Source of the DNA: a virus
Lineage: Duplodnaviria; Heunggongvirae; Uroviricota; Caudoviricetes
Length of the DNA stretch: 19,550 nucleotides
Virus record (IMG/VR): IMGVR_UViG_2529292888_000015
Reading direction: 5' to 3' (one strand)
Part shown: positions 9,184-17,018 of the stretch, piece by piece
Position numbering within the stretch: position 1 is the first letter of the stretch
How the letters are laid out: each line of letters begins with the position of its first letter
Notes under the pieces: generated by a model
Database searches by the model: none
What the model was told of the DNA's origin: nothing
The model's input: the letters and a program-made list of their open reading frames with translations, nothing else
Position numbers and translations under genes: made by a program

Positions 9184-9774
9184 TTGAAAGCGCAATTAAT
9201 TTATCCTGAATATGATCAAGTCATTGTTTCAAGAGAACTTGAGAAAGTAGAGCAAGATATTGAATCATCGAAAGATATATTGAAAGGTATTGTTGATGCA
9301 CTTGATGATAAGAAGCAATTATTAAAAGAGTTAAGTGATGAATTATATTCAATCAGTGACAGGGAAAAATACTTATCATTACTCATTGAAAGATTTAGTC
9401 TTCTTAAAGACCAATACTTTATAGATCTACAAAGAATAGATGTTGTATCACAGGCGAATTTCTATTTAAATAATTTTGCAGATATTTATTGTGAGTTCTG
9501 TAATACACCGCAAAAAAAAGAAAATGAAATATCATATGATGATTGTTTTTTGTCGTGTAATGCAGAAAAATTGAAAATCAAAAGCCAGCTGAAAGGATTA
9601 ATTGAATCAATCGGATCTAATGTTCGCGAACATGAATTAATTATGTTAAGAAAAAATGATGTTAATGAAATTTATCAATCAGAAAAAAGTGATTTTAAGA
9701 CGTTAGAAGATAAAAATATAAAACAATACATTCATCTCTTGAATCACTTTATGAATATAAAGACAATCTTTTAA
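9184..9774 (+). CDS. Coiled-coil segment with a central CxxC (CEFC), probable middle part of the same SMC-like ATPase
   Basis: Charged heptad-like sequence (ELEKVEQDIESSKDILKGIVDALDDKKQLLKELSDEL...); no in-frame ATG start (track uses TTG at 9184); same frame as 8521..9153. Confidence 0.5.
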   Translation: MKAQLIYPEYDQVIVSRELEKVEQDIESSKDILKGIVDALDDKKQLLKELSDELYSISDREKYLSLLIERFSLLKDQYFIDLQRIDVVSQANFYLNNFADIYCEFCNTPQKKENEISYDDCFLSCNAEKLKIKSQLKGLIESIGSNVREHELIMLRKNDVNEIYQSEKSDFKTLEDKNIKQYIHLLNHFMNIKTIF

Positions 9775-10340
9775 TGGATCACACAAAACATAGCATTCTA
9801 TCTTCATTACAAGATAAAGAAGATGATGTTGACGAACTTAAATACTCCGCCGAGGACTTTGACTCCTTAACAGTAGCTGATTTGTATGATATAGAAATAG
9901 CGATGCAAGACTTTTTGAATGATATAAATTTTGAAAATTCTAAAGATAACAAAGTGCGATTTGACGAAGATACATATGACTTTAATATCAATGGGAAACG
10001 CCGAGGAATGTTTGGTAAAGGTACCCGTGCAGTAATGCATGCTATATTTACCATTTGCTTTGCGGAATTTTTATCAAGAAAAGGGAATCCATTCATTGGA
10101 TTTGTTGTGCTTGATAGTCCATTAGTGACGCACTTTGATAAAGATAGAGGGGGTTCTCTATCGGATGTTAATAGCGTCAGTCTCAGTGATTCATTTTATC
10201 ACGCATTAATCAAAAGGGACTATAATTTCCAGATTGTAATTCTTGAGAATAAAGGTCCGACGTTCCAAATAAAAATTAATGATGCAAATAAAATCCATAA
10301 CTTAAATAAGAATGGAAGCTCTGGTTTTTATCCTGTTTAA
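9774..10340 (+). CDS. C-terminal head of an SMC-like ABC ATPase (signature-like and Walker B-like motifs, both non-canonical)
   Basis: GMFGKGTRAVMHAIFTICFAEFL ... FIGFVVLDSPL ... FQIVILEN occupy the positions of the signature, Walker B and H-loop of SMC-type heads but are degenerate (DS instead of DE). Start overlaps the upstream stop (TAATG); one extra A in the runs at 9712..9723 would fuse it to the preceding ORF. Confidence 0.55.
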   Translation: MDHTKHSILSSLQDKEDDVDELKYSAEDFDSLTVADLYDIEIAMQDFLNDINFENSKDNKVRFDEDTYDFNINGKRRGMFGKGTRAVMHAIFTICFAEFLSRKGNPFIGFVVLDSPLVTHFDKDRGGSLSDVNSVSLSDSFYHALIKRDYNFQIVILENKGPTFQIKINDANKIHNLNKNGSSGFYPV

Positions 10341-10370
10341 TACATTAAAAATATAACTGCTAATTGGGGT

Positions 10371-10396
10371 GCTCGAAATTATATTTCGTTTCGAGC
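10371..10396 (+). terminator. Hairpin downstream of the cargo operon (possible terminator, no clear U-tract)
   Basis: gctcgaaa (10371..10378) pairs with tttcgagc (10389..10396), beginning 31 bp after the stop at 10340. Confidence 0.3.
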
Positions 10397-10749
10397 GCTC
10401 AGTTCATTTCTAAATAATTTGCAAAATTATTTTGGGTACTTTCGCCTCTACACTTCCTTCGGGTGGTTCCACAATAATGGATCTCACCGGCGTTTGATAT
10501 TTTATAATCTAACCCCTTAGCGCGCGCAGCCCCCCACGCCTGCTCGCTTCGCTTAACAGACTGGTTTTCATGCATTCCGCAAATCGTCTCAGAAGCCACC
10601 ACACAAGGGCTTTCGCGTCAAAAATGGTGCATGAGAATCATGCGTTTTCATGCGCTATAGACATGCACTCATGCGCTCTCAGGCCAGCCAGGGAAAAGGC
10701 GTAAAAAATCCCAGTACTGGACCGGGATTACGTGGGCTTTTTTTGCTAA

Positions 10750-11022
10750 TCAGACAGGAATTTGCTGACGGCTTGACAGCTTTGACGCGGAGCCATAGCG
10801 ATTGAGAGTTTGCTGTTGTTTTTCCGGCATTTGTGCTTTCTCTGATTCCTGTTCATTGCGCCGGGGCTTCATGATTATCGTATCCACACTTTCCAGTGCG
10901 GTAAATGTGTAGGAACATTCAAGATTCTGGCACTGATACCATGAGCGTTTAACCGATGGTGCTTCATAGGCGGAGGTTCTGGCGTGTGCCGTCGTACCGC
11001 ATTCGGGACATTTAAGTGCCAT
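10750..11022 (-). CDS. Ogr/Delta-family zinc-finger late-gene transcriptional activator
   Basis: MALKCPECGTTAHARTSAYEAPSVKRSWYQCQNLECSYTFTALESV follows the Ogr pattern C..C..AHARTS...QC.N..CS.TF..ESV; GGAG RBS inside the end of the upstream gene. Confidence 0.85.
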   Translation of the reverse strand: MALKCPECGTTAHARTSAYEAPSVKRSWYQCQNLECSYTFTALESVDTIIMKPRRNEQESEKAQMPEKQQQTLNRYGSASKLSSRQQIPV

Positions 11023-11027
11023 TAATA

Positions 11028-11579
11028 TTACTCCTGCATGCCGTTAATGTAATCCAGACGTTGCTGAAAGCGCAGTTGTTGTGCAGGGGTGTAAGAGCTC
11101 TGGCAATCACGAACCATCATGGGGTCAGGCATCACACCGGATTCATCCAGAATCATACGATAATCCCCGGCAATTTCAGGCGGTGTTATTGCCAGCTGGC
11201 GAACCAGAGCATTGCGTAATATACGGGACGCAACGTCAACCCCTCCGCGCCCCTTCAGGAACGGAGCCAGTGCAGATGTCAGGGCTGCTCCATTCGCCTG
11301 CATAAAATTGCTGAGAGCGTCTTCTGTGCAGGCCTCCATCAGTTGATGCTGCGAGTAAATGCATTCGCGCGCAGCACAGTTAATTTGCCATTTCAGCACA
11401 TCCAGATGTTCCCGCTGTAATTCGAGCTGTCGAGCATAATCTGCTGGTTTTTCCATGGCAGTGAGGAGTGATTCTATCTGTTGTTCAACGGCTTTTCGGC
11501 TCTCACTATGTCCAGCCCACAGAATACGGGCATTTCTAAAACTGATAAGCGCTTGGTCTGGAGTGACTCGGGCCATCAT
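11028..11579 (-). CDS. psu: P4 Psu-like protein (polarity suppression / capsid decoration), assignment tentative
   Basis: 183 aa, close to P4 Psu size; sits in the late operon directly upstream of the Ogr/Delta gene and is coupled to the preceding gene (ATGA overlap at 11576..11579). Similarity to Psu is from imperfect memory. Confidence 0.5.
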   Translation of the reverse strand: MMARVTPDQALISFRNARILWAGHSESRKAVEQQIESLLTAMEKPADYARQLELQREHLDVLKWQINCAARECIYSQHQLMEACTEDALSNFMQANGAALTSALAPFLKGRGGVDVASRILRNALVRQLAITPPEIAGDYRMILDESGVMPDPMMVRDCQSSYTPAQQLRFQQRLDYINGMQE

Positions 11580-12328
11580 ACTGCTTTCTCCTTCTCAGCA
11601 CGTTCCTGACGAACCTTCATTTTATGCATAGCTGCTGGAGAGAGTTTATTACTGAAATCCAGACGGGCCGCATAATCCGGGGCAACTCCCGCCAGTTTAA
11701 ACACGGGGTCCTGTTCGGGCATCGCATCGTTAGTCAGAGCCGGTCTGGTGATATGTTTATGAATAAAATCTTTCAGCAGTGTGTCCGGGTCATTAACTGA
11801 ATGCACCACACCGACAACTGCGCTGGCTTCCCTGCCCATTGTTGATTTGAGCAGGCTTAGTGTCTGGATTAGTGCTTTTCCATGCGACTGCATAAAATCT
11901 TCCCAGATTTGTTTTGCGCGAATACCCACAAGGGTGTCGTGCGCGTGGATATACTTTCCGGCTAATTCCGCAGCCTCCTGCGGCAAAAGTGCATTTTCGC
12001 TTTCCTGAGCCGCCAGCAGCTCATCAAAATCCTCAAGCGTTTCTCGTCCCAGCGCAATTTCCGTGCGCAGTTTTTTCATTTCCTTTGAGACTACGCCCTG
12101 ACTTTCACGAAATAGCGTGCGCCACTCCTCATTCAGGGCGTTCGTCGTGGCTTCCATTTCAGCGCGGCGCTGGCGGATTGTCGCAATATTATCCGCTGCC
12201 GCTTTTTGCTGACGACGTGCTTCAAGCCATGCAGATTTGGTGGCATTCACTTTCTCAAGCGCCTGTTGCGTCGAAACAGGGATAGAAATTTCAACGATCG
12301 GGTTATTGTTCTGTTCTGGGATTGTCAT
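11576..12328 (-). CDS. First gene of the P4-like late operon; Sid-like (capsid size determination) by size and position
   Basis: 250-aa predicted helical protein, first gene of the leftward operon, divergent from the alpA/primase operon. No motif-level confirmation. Confidence 0.4.
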   Translation of the reverse strand: MTIPEQNNNPIVEISIPVSTQQALEKVNATKSAWLEARRQQKAAADNIATIRQRRAEMEATTNALNEEWRTLFRESQGVVSKEMKKLRTEIALGRETLEDFDELLAAQESENALLPQEAAELAGKYIHAHDTLVGIRAKQIWEDFMQSHGKALIQTLSLLKSTMGREASAVVGVVHSVNDPDTLLKDFIHKHITRPALTNDAMPEQDPVFKLAGVAPDYAARLDFSNKLSPAAMHKMKVRQERAEKEKAV

Positions 12329-12398
12329 GTCAGCACCTAGTGGTTTGTCGTGGTGTCAATTGTGCTGTGATGCATACAAAGCTGCCATTGAACGCCAT

Positions 12399-12416
12399 TG
12401 TGCGAGCGACAAGACA
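12399..12416 (-). promoter_or_regulatory. Candidate Ogr/Delta-responsive late-promoter element (TGT-N12-ACA) upstream of the late operon
   Basis: tgt gcgagcgacaag aca; centre lies ~80 bp upstream of the 12328 start codon, compatible with a -55 activator site and a ~25-nt leader. Confidence 0.3.
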
Positions 12417-12495
12417 AAGACTGAACCGCCCCGGACCTCTTTTGGCTAGCCAGAAAAGGCCTCGTTTAACTAAGGCTGTTTCAGACTTACCTTAA

Positions 12496-12710
12496 CTATT
12501 CACTACTATTCACTTAGGTAAAAAAAATAGGTAATACAGAAGGTTATAAGGTGAAGGGTTGGCATGGCAGTATTCATCGACTGTTCATAACTGTTCACAT
12601 GGGAATAAAATTATTTATGGTATTTTTTCATAATGGGTGGTTTTTTTATTCCTCGTAGCTATTTGTTTTTTGCTCCTCACCACTATTCACCCTTATTCAG
12701 GAGTATTCAA
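12496..12710. repeat. Iteron-like array: eight YTRTTCAY octamers in three 10-bp-phased clusters with AT-rich spacers (candidate ori/crr-type alpha-binding region)
   Basis: ctattcac at 12496 and 12506; gtattcat 12570, ctgttcat 12581, ctgttcac 12591; ctattcac 12683, ttattcag 12693, gtattcaa 12703. P4 ori and crr are known to carry TGTTCACC repeats bound by alpha. Confidence 0.45.
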
Positions 12711-13261
12711 CAGGCACATAAATAGACTGCATGTTTTTGCCGGGGAATAACATTTTCGCCTCTGGCCATGGTGTTGCATTTCATACTGATTTTTATAAAA
12801 CTAGATCTGTCCGGTTCTTTATGGATTCATTCGGATATATTTTACGATTTAAGGTGATGTTATTTAATATCAAGGTTTTTATGCAGGCCCAATGTTTATA
12901 AGTTGGATGCGATTCAAAAATATGCCCGGAAATTGGGGCCTGCAATGCAAGGCCTCGTGTAGAAGTTGTACTGCCTTGCTGTATTGGCGGTGGGGTTAGC
13001 ACTATCAGGTGCAATGACCCATAGGATAGTAAACCCTGGGTGAATGGTAGTTCCTATTAATGCTCCTGTATTTATAGTCCGCAGGCATGGTATTTATTAT
13101 GTCATTTTATATGGTTTAATCGGGCTTTAAATTCCATAAAATCAATATGTGACGCTAAATAAAAAATGCGTGCGCAGGTGGTTTATATACACATAATAAG
13201 GAACTACCTGAACCCGGATAAATTCATCCGGACTGTTGTGGAAATTAAAGAGGGTAGATAA

Positions 13262-13522
13262 ATGCGTAATATTTCTGTGTCTGCGCCAGCTCCTGCTGCG
13301 CCATTATTTCCTGTATCGAACCATCATGAGCGATTTTTACGCCTGCCTGAGGTGATGCACTTATGCGGGTTGTCCCGTTCGACCGTTTACGACCTGATCA
13401 GCCGCGATGCGTTTCCGAAGCAGATCCCGCTTGGCGGTAAAAATGTCGCCTGGGCACAGTCTGAGGTCAGCGCATGGATGGCGGACCGCATCAGCGCCCG
13501 TGGGCGGGGATGTGATGCATGA
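13262..13522 (+). CDS. alpA: AlpA / Vis-family phage transcriptional regulator (MerR-like HTH, excisionase-like)
   Basis: [50 protein letters not shown] is the AlpA signature; the true start may be downstream of the annotated ATG. Confidence 0.8.
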   Translation: MRNISVSAPAPAAPLFPVSNHHERFLRLPEVMHLCGLSRSTVYDLISRDAFPKQIPLGGKNVAWAQSEVSAWMADRISARGRGCDA

Positions 13523-13881
13523 TGATACCTGCATACATTAAATACCTTTATTCTGGCTTGCTTACTGTCGTCATTTCCAGGTATAGTTTTTCCGCTGTCG
13601 CAAAATCGGCAGCCGGAATTGGCGTTCCGTATAACTTATTGGCGACAATTGACGCCCCTTGCGTCTTTTTTTACGTCGTAGCTCAGGCACAACCATTTTC
13701 AGGGCTGTGGTGTTTATGCTTACACCATGGTTCTATCGAGATAATGGTAGTCCGGGCGGGGCAGCCTTCGGGCTGGCCGGTTTCCAATAAGGCCGGTTAC
13801 GCCAACCCCGTTCGGGCTGCCACCAGTGAAATTGGCGTTTCCGGTGGTAGCAATAACCGCTACTTATTGGAGGCTGCCATC

Positions 13882-14076
13882 ATGGCTACAATCCTCACCC
13901 CGTCACACCCGCAATATGTCTTTGTGTTTGCCGCAATCCGCCGTGCTGACACTCACCCCCGCATCTGTATGCTTCGCACTGTCTCCTGCGATGAGCATTC
14001 CGCGCGCCGTTTGCTAGTCCGAGATTATGTACTCTCCCTTTCTGCACGGCTGCCTGCCGGGGAGGTGACGCTATGA
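13882..14076 (+). CDS. Small hypothetical protein (64 aa), first of three translationally coupled small ORFs upstream of the primase
   Basis: ATG at 13882 with GGAGG 8 nt upstream; stop overlaps the next ATG (ATGA at 14073..14076). The track's longer 13519 start gives an implausible N-terminal extension. Confidence 0.4.
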   Translation: MATILTPSHPQYVFVFAAIRRADTHPRICMLRTVSCDEHSARRLLVRDYVLSLSARLPAGEVTL

Positions 14077-14294
14077 ACCAGTTTGAGATTTCCTACGACG
14101 ATGTTGTAAGGCTGAAACATTTACGCAATGTGGGTGAGTATGTAACTGGCATGGCAGCCCTGCAGGACTGTTATGAAAAGCCAGCAGGTGCCCAATGCGA
14201 ACAACTGGTTTCCCTCATTTATCTGATGACAGAGCAACTGGATGGAGTGGTGCAACGCTGCCATGACGACCTGATGAATGCGGAGGTGGCCTGA
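14073..14294 (+). CDS. Small hypothetical protein (73 aa), P4-like early operon
   Basis: Coupled at both ends by overlapping stop/start codons (ATGA at 14073, TGATG at 14292..14296); GGAGG RBS for the next gene lies within its end. Confidence 0.55.
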   Translation: MNQFEISYDDVVRLKHLRNVGEYVTGMAALQDCYEKPAGAQCEQLVSLIYLMTEQLDGVVQRCHDDLMNAEVA

Positions 14295-14539
14295 TGATAT
14301 GCTGTGAATCTCTTCTGGCACTTCGTGCCGCTCTGTATCGCCGTGCCATAGCCCGCGAGCTGGAAGGGTTCTATCTGCGCCAGCATGGGCAGCAAAGAGG
14401 GCTGGAAATTGCCTGCGCGTTGCTTTCGGATCTGATGGAGTCGGGGCCGCTTAAAGCCTGTCCGGTTCTCTCACTGCTCGGAATGACGGTCATGGATGAA
14501 CTTTGTTCCCGTCACCTCAACAAACCAGCGCTGCACTAA
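14294..14539 (+). CDS. Small hypothetical protein (81 aa), P4-like early operon
   Basis: ATG 14294 preceded by GGAGGTGG; stop at 14537..14539 lies within the primase RBS region. Confidence 0.55.
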   Translation: MICCESLLALRAALYRRAIARELEGFYLRQHGQQRGLEIACALLSDLMESGPLKACPVLSLLGMTVMDELCSRHLNKPALH

Positions 14540-14552
14540 GGAGGGCCGCACA

Positions 14553-16886
14553 ATGTCAGGAATGAAAGTTAGCCAGGCTGAGAAAGCAGCTCGGGGTCAC
14601 TGGTCAAGAATTTTACCTGCGCTGGGCGTAAATGTACTGAAAAATCGGCACCAGCCCTGCCCGGTCTGTGCCGGGAAAGACCGCTTTCGATTTGATGACC
14701 AGGAAGGGCGGGGAACGTGGTTCTGTAACCAGTGCGGGGCAGGTGATGGCCTGGCGCTTGTAAGTAAAGTACTGGATGTAGGCATTAGTGAAGCGGCAGA
14801 CAGAATAAACGGCATTATCGGAAACCTGCTGCCAGTATCTCAGGGAATGCTTGAATCTGGTTCTCCTGAAAAAGAGGACGGGAGAAAAGCTGCAGCAGTG
14901 CTGGCTGCCCGTTTGTTTGATAAGTCCCGCCAGACCACTGGCAATGCCTATCTGACGAGTAAAGGGTTTCCTGCACTGCCTTGCCGGGAATTAACCGCTA
15001 TGCATAAAGTCGGTGGTGTGGCATTTCGCGCGGGAGATCTTGTCGTTCCATTGTATGCAGATGGAGAGCTGGTAAATCTGCAGTTAATCAACGCTAATGG
15101 GGGCAAATGCTTCCTTAAAGGCGGTCAGGTTAAGAATGCCTTTTACCTGGTTGAAGGTACTGCCAAAGCAGCCAAACGGCTCTGGATAGCGGAAGGATAT
15201 GCCACCGCACTTACTATCAACTATCTGACTGGCGATGCTGTCATGGTGGCCTTTTCGTCCGTCAATTTCCTTTCCCTGGCGAGCATTGCCTGCAGTGAGT
15301 ACCCAACGCACCAGATAATTATTGCTGCTGACCGCGATCTCAACGGTGCGGGGCAAACAAGGGGCGCAGCTGTTACCGGGGCCTGCAATTGCACAATGGC
15401 GCTCCCGCCTGTGTTTGGTGACTGGAACGATGCATTCACGCAAAACGGCGAAGAAGCCACCCGGCATGCAATTCATGAAGTAATAAAACCAGCTGTTGCC
15501 AGCCCCTTCGACACAATGAGCGAAGCTGAATTTACCGCGCTGAGCGTCAGCGAAAAAGCGCAGAGGGTAGTGGATCACTATAAAAATTCACTGGCAGTAG
15601 ACCCGAACGGGCAGCTCCTTTCACGCTATGAGGCGGGGGCCTGGAAAGTTATCTATTACGCCGATTTTGCCCGTGATGTCGCTGCGCTGTTTCAGCGCCT
15701 CGACGCACCTTTTTCATCCGCGAAAATTGCGTCTCTCGTGGAAACCCTCAAACTGATCGTTCCGCAACAGCAGAATCCGGCGCGGCAACTTATCGGATTT
15801 CGCAACGGTGTGCTCGATACCCGGACAGGATTGTTCAGCCCGCACGATAAGAAGCACTGGTTACGTACGCTGTGCGAGGTGGATTACACGCAGCCCGTTG
15901 ACGGTGAGTCACTGGAAACCCATGCCCCGGCATTCTGGCGCTGGCTGGATCGTGCCGCAGGTTTTAATCCTGAAAAACGGGACATTATTCTGGCTGCATT
16001 GTTTATGGTGCTGGCTAACCGTTATGACTGGCAGCTGTTTCTGGAGGTCACTGGCCCTGGCGGAAGTGGAAAGAGTATTCTTGCTGAAATAGCAACCATG
16101 CTGGCGGGTGAAGATAACGCGACCTCGGCAACCATTGAAATGCTTGAGTCGCCAAGAGAACGAGCTGCGTTAATAGGTTTTTCACTGATTCGACTTCCCG
16201 ACCAGGAAAAGTGGAGCGGTGACGGGGCCGGACTAAAAGCCATCACTGGCGGCGATGCGGTATCCGTTGATCCCAAATATCAGAACGCCTATTCAACCCA
16301 CATCCCGGCGGTCATCCTGGCTGTGAACAATAATCCGATGCGCTTCACTGATCGTAGTGGTGGAGTTTCACGCCGAAGGGTGATCCTGCATTTCCCCGAC
16401 CAGATAGCCCCGGAGGAACGCGATACCCAGCTCAAAGAGAAAATTGCCAGTGAGCTAGCGGTGATTGTTCGCCAGCTTATGCAGCGTTTCAGCGACCCAA
16501 TGAGTGCCAGGACATTGCTTCAGTCACAGCAGAACTCCGATGAAGCGCTCACCATCAAACGTGATGCTGATTCAGCTTTTGATTTTTGCGGCTACCTTGA
16601 GGTCCTACCTGACACCACGGGCATGTTTATGGGGAACGCTAATATTGTTCCACGTCAGCCTCGAACTTACCTCTACCATGCCTATCTGGTCTACATGGAG
16701 GCTAACGGCTATAAAAATACGCTCAGTCTGACCATGTTTGGCAAGGGGCTACCGTTAATGCTCAAGGAATATGGGCTGCAGTATGAGAAACGACGGACCA
16801 ATCAAGGAATGCAGACTAATCTGGCCCTAAGAGAGGAAAGCAATGCTGACTGGTTGCCAAAATGCGATGAGTTTGCAGCGAAATAA
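14553..16886 (+). CDS. P4 alpha-type bifunctional DNA primase/helicase (zinc-binding primase, TOPRIM, D5-like P-loop NTPase)
   Basis: AAGGAGGG RBS at 14538..14545; zinc motif CPVCAGKDRFRF...CNQCGAGDG; TOPRIM acidic motifs (IAEGYATA, IIIAADRDLNG); Walker A GPGGSGKS and Walker B-like region. Start at 14553 rather than the track's 14496. Confidence 0.9.
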   Translation: MSGMKVSQAEKAARGHWSRILPALGVNVLKNRHQPCPVCAGKDRFRFDDQEGRGTWFCNQCGAGDGLALVSKVLDVGISEAADRINGIIGNLLPVSQGMLESGSPEKEDGRKAAAVLAARLFDKSRQTTGNAYLTSKGFPALPCRELTAMHKVGGVAFRAGDLVVPLYADGELVNLQLINANGGKCFLKGGQVKNAFYLVEGTAKAAKRLWIAEGYATALTINYLTGDAVMVAFSSVNFLSLASIACSEYPTHQIIIAADRDLNGAGQTRGAAVTGACNCTMALPPVFGDWNDAFTQNGEEATRHAIHEVIKPAVASPFDTMSEAEFTALSVSEKAQRVVDHYKNSLAVDPNGQLLSRYEAGAWKVIYYADFARDVAALFQRLDAPFSSAKIASLVETLKLIVPQQQNPARQLIGFRNGVLDTRTGLFSPHDKKHWLRTLCEVDYTQPVDGESLETHAPAFWRWLDRAAGFNPEKRDIILAALFMVLANRYDWQLFLEVTGPGGSGKSILAEIATMLAGEDNATSATIEMLESPRERAALIGFSLIRLPDQEKWSGDGAGLKAITGGDAVSVDPKYQNAYSTHIPAVILAVNNNPMRFTDRSGGVSRRRVILHFPDQIAPEERDTQLKEKIASELAVIVRQLMQRFSDPMSARTLLQSQQNSDEALTIKRDADSAFDFCGYLEVLPDTTGMFMGNANIVPRQPRTYLYHAYLVYMEANGYKNTLSLTMFGKGLPLMLKEYGLQYEKRRTNQGMQTNLALREESNADWLPKCDEFAAK

Positions 16887-16892
16887 CTGACC

Positions 16893-16915
16893 TAAGACCG
16901 GCTGTGCCGGTCTTA
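16893..16915 (+). terminator. Strong GC-rich hairpin directly after the primase stop (probable terminator, no U-tract)
   Basis: taagaccggc tgt gccggtctta: perfect 10-bp stem with 3-nt loop beginning 7 nt after the TAA at 16884..16886. Confidence 0.45.
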
Positions 16916-17018
16916 AATCCGCTACAGGAAATTATCTCAAAATATATATCGATAAAATTTAAAAGTTATATGCTAAGGCGTCAGCGGAAAATGCATCTAA
17001 TTCATTGTTAGATGATGT

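Noticed and set aside
10525-10560. Possible P2/P4-type cos site (G-rich 19-nt cohesive end)
   Set aside because: The reverse complement (aggcgtggggggctgcg) only partially resembles the recalled P2/186 cos (GGCGAGGCGGGGAAAGCAC); too weak to call without an alignment.
10399-10602. 67-aa minus-strand ORF in the intergenic region after the cargo operon
   Set aside because: No RBS, odd composition, and it sits in a region better explained as terminators and binding sites.
12361-12378. Second TGT-N12-ACA motif (tgtgctgtgatgcataca) as the late-promoter activator site
   Set aside because: Its centre is only ~40 bp from the start codon, which would place the transcription start inside the coding sequence; the 12399..12416 copy fits better.
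11781-12449. Plus-strand ORFs overlapping the late operon (11781..12008, 11914..12285, 12237..12449)
   Set aside because: Overlap the better-supported minus-strand late genes and lack start signals; treated as shadow ORFs.
13519-14076. 185-aa ORF spanning from the alpA stop to the small-ORF cluster
   Set aside because: The N-terminal two-thirds has an implausible composition and no start signals; only the last ~64 codons, from ATG 13882 with a GGAGG RBS, look like a gene.
14597-16276. Antisense ORFs inside the primase gene (14597..14815, 15084..15578, 15221..15460, 16022..16276 on the minus strand)
   Set aside because: Shadow ORFs within a well-supported 796-aa gene; GC-rich coding DNA commonly shows open antisense frames.
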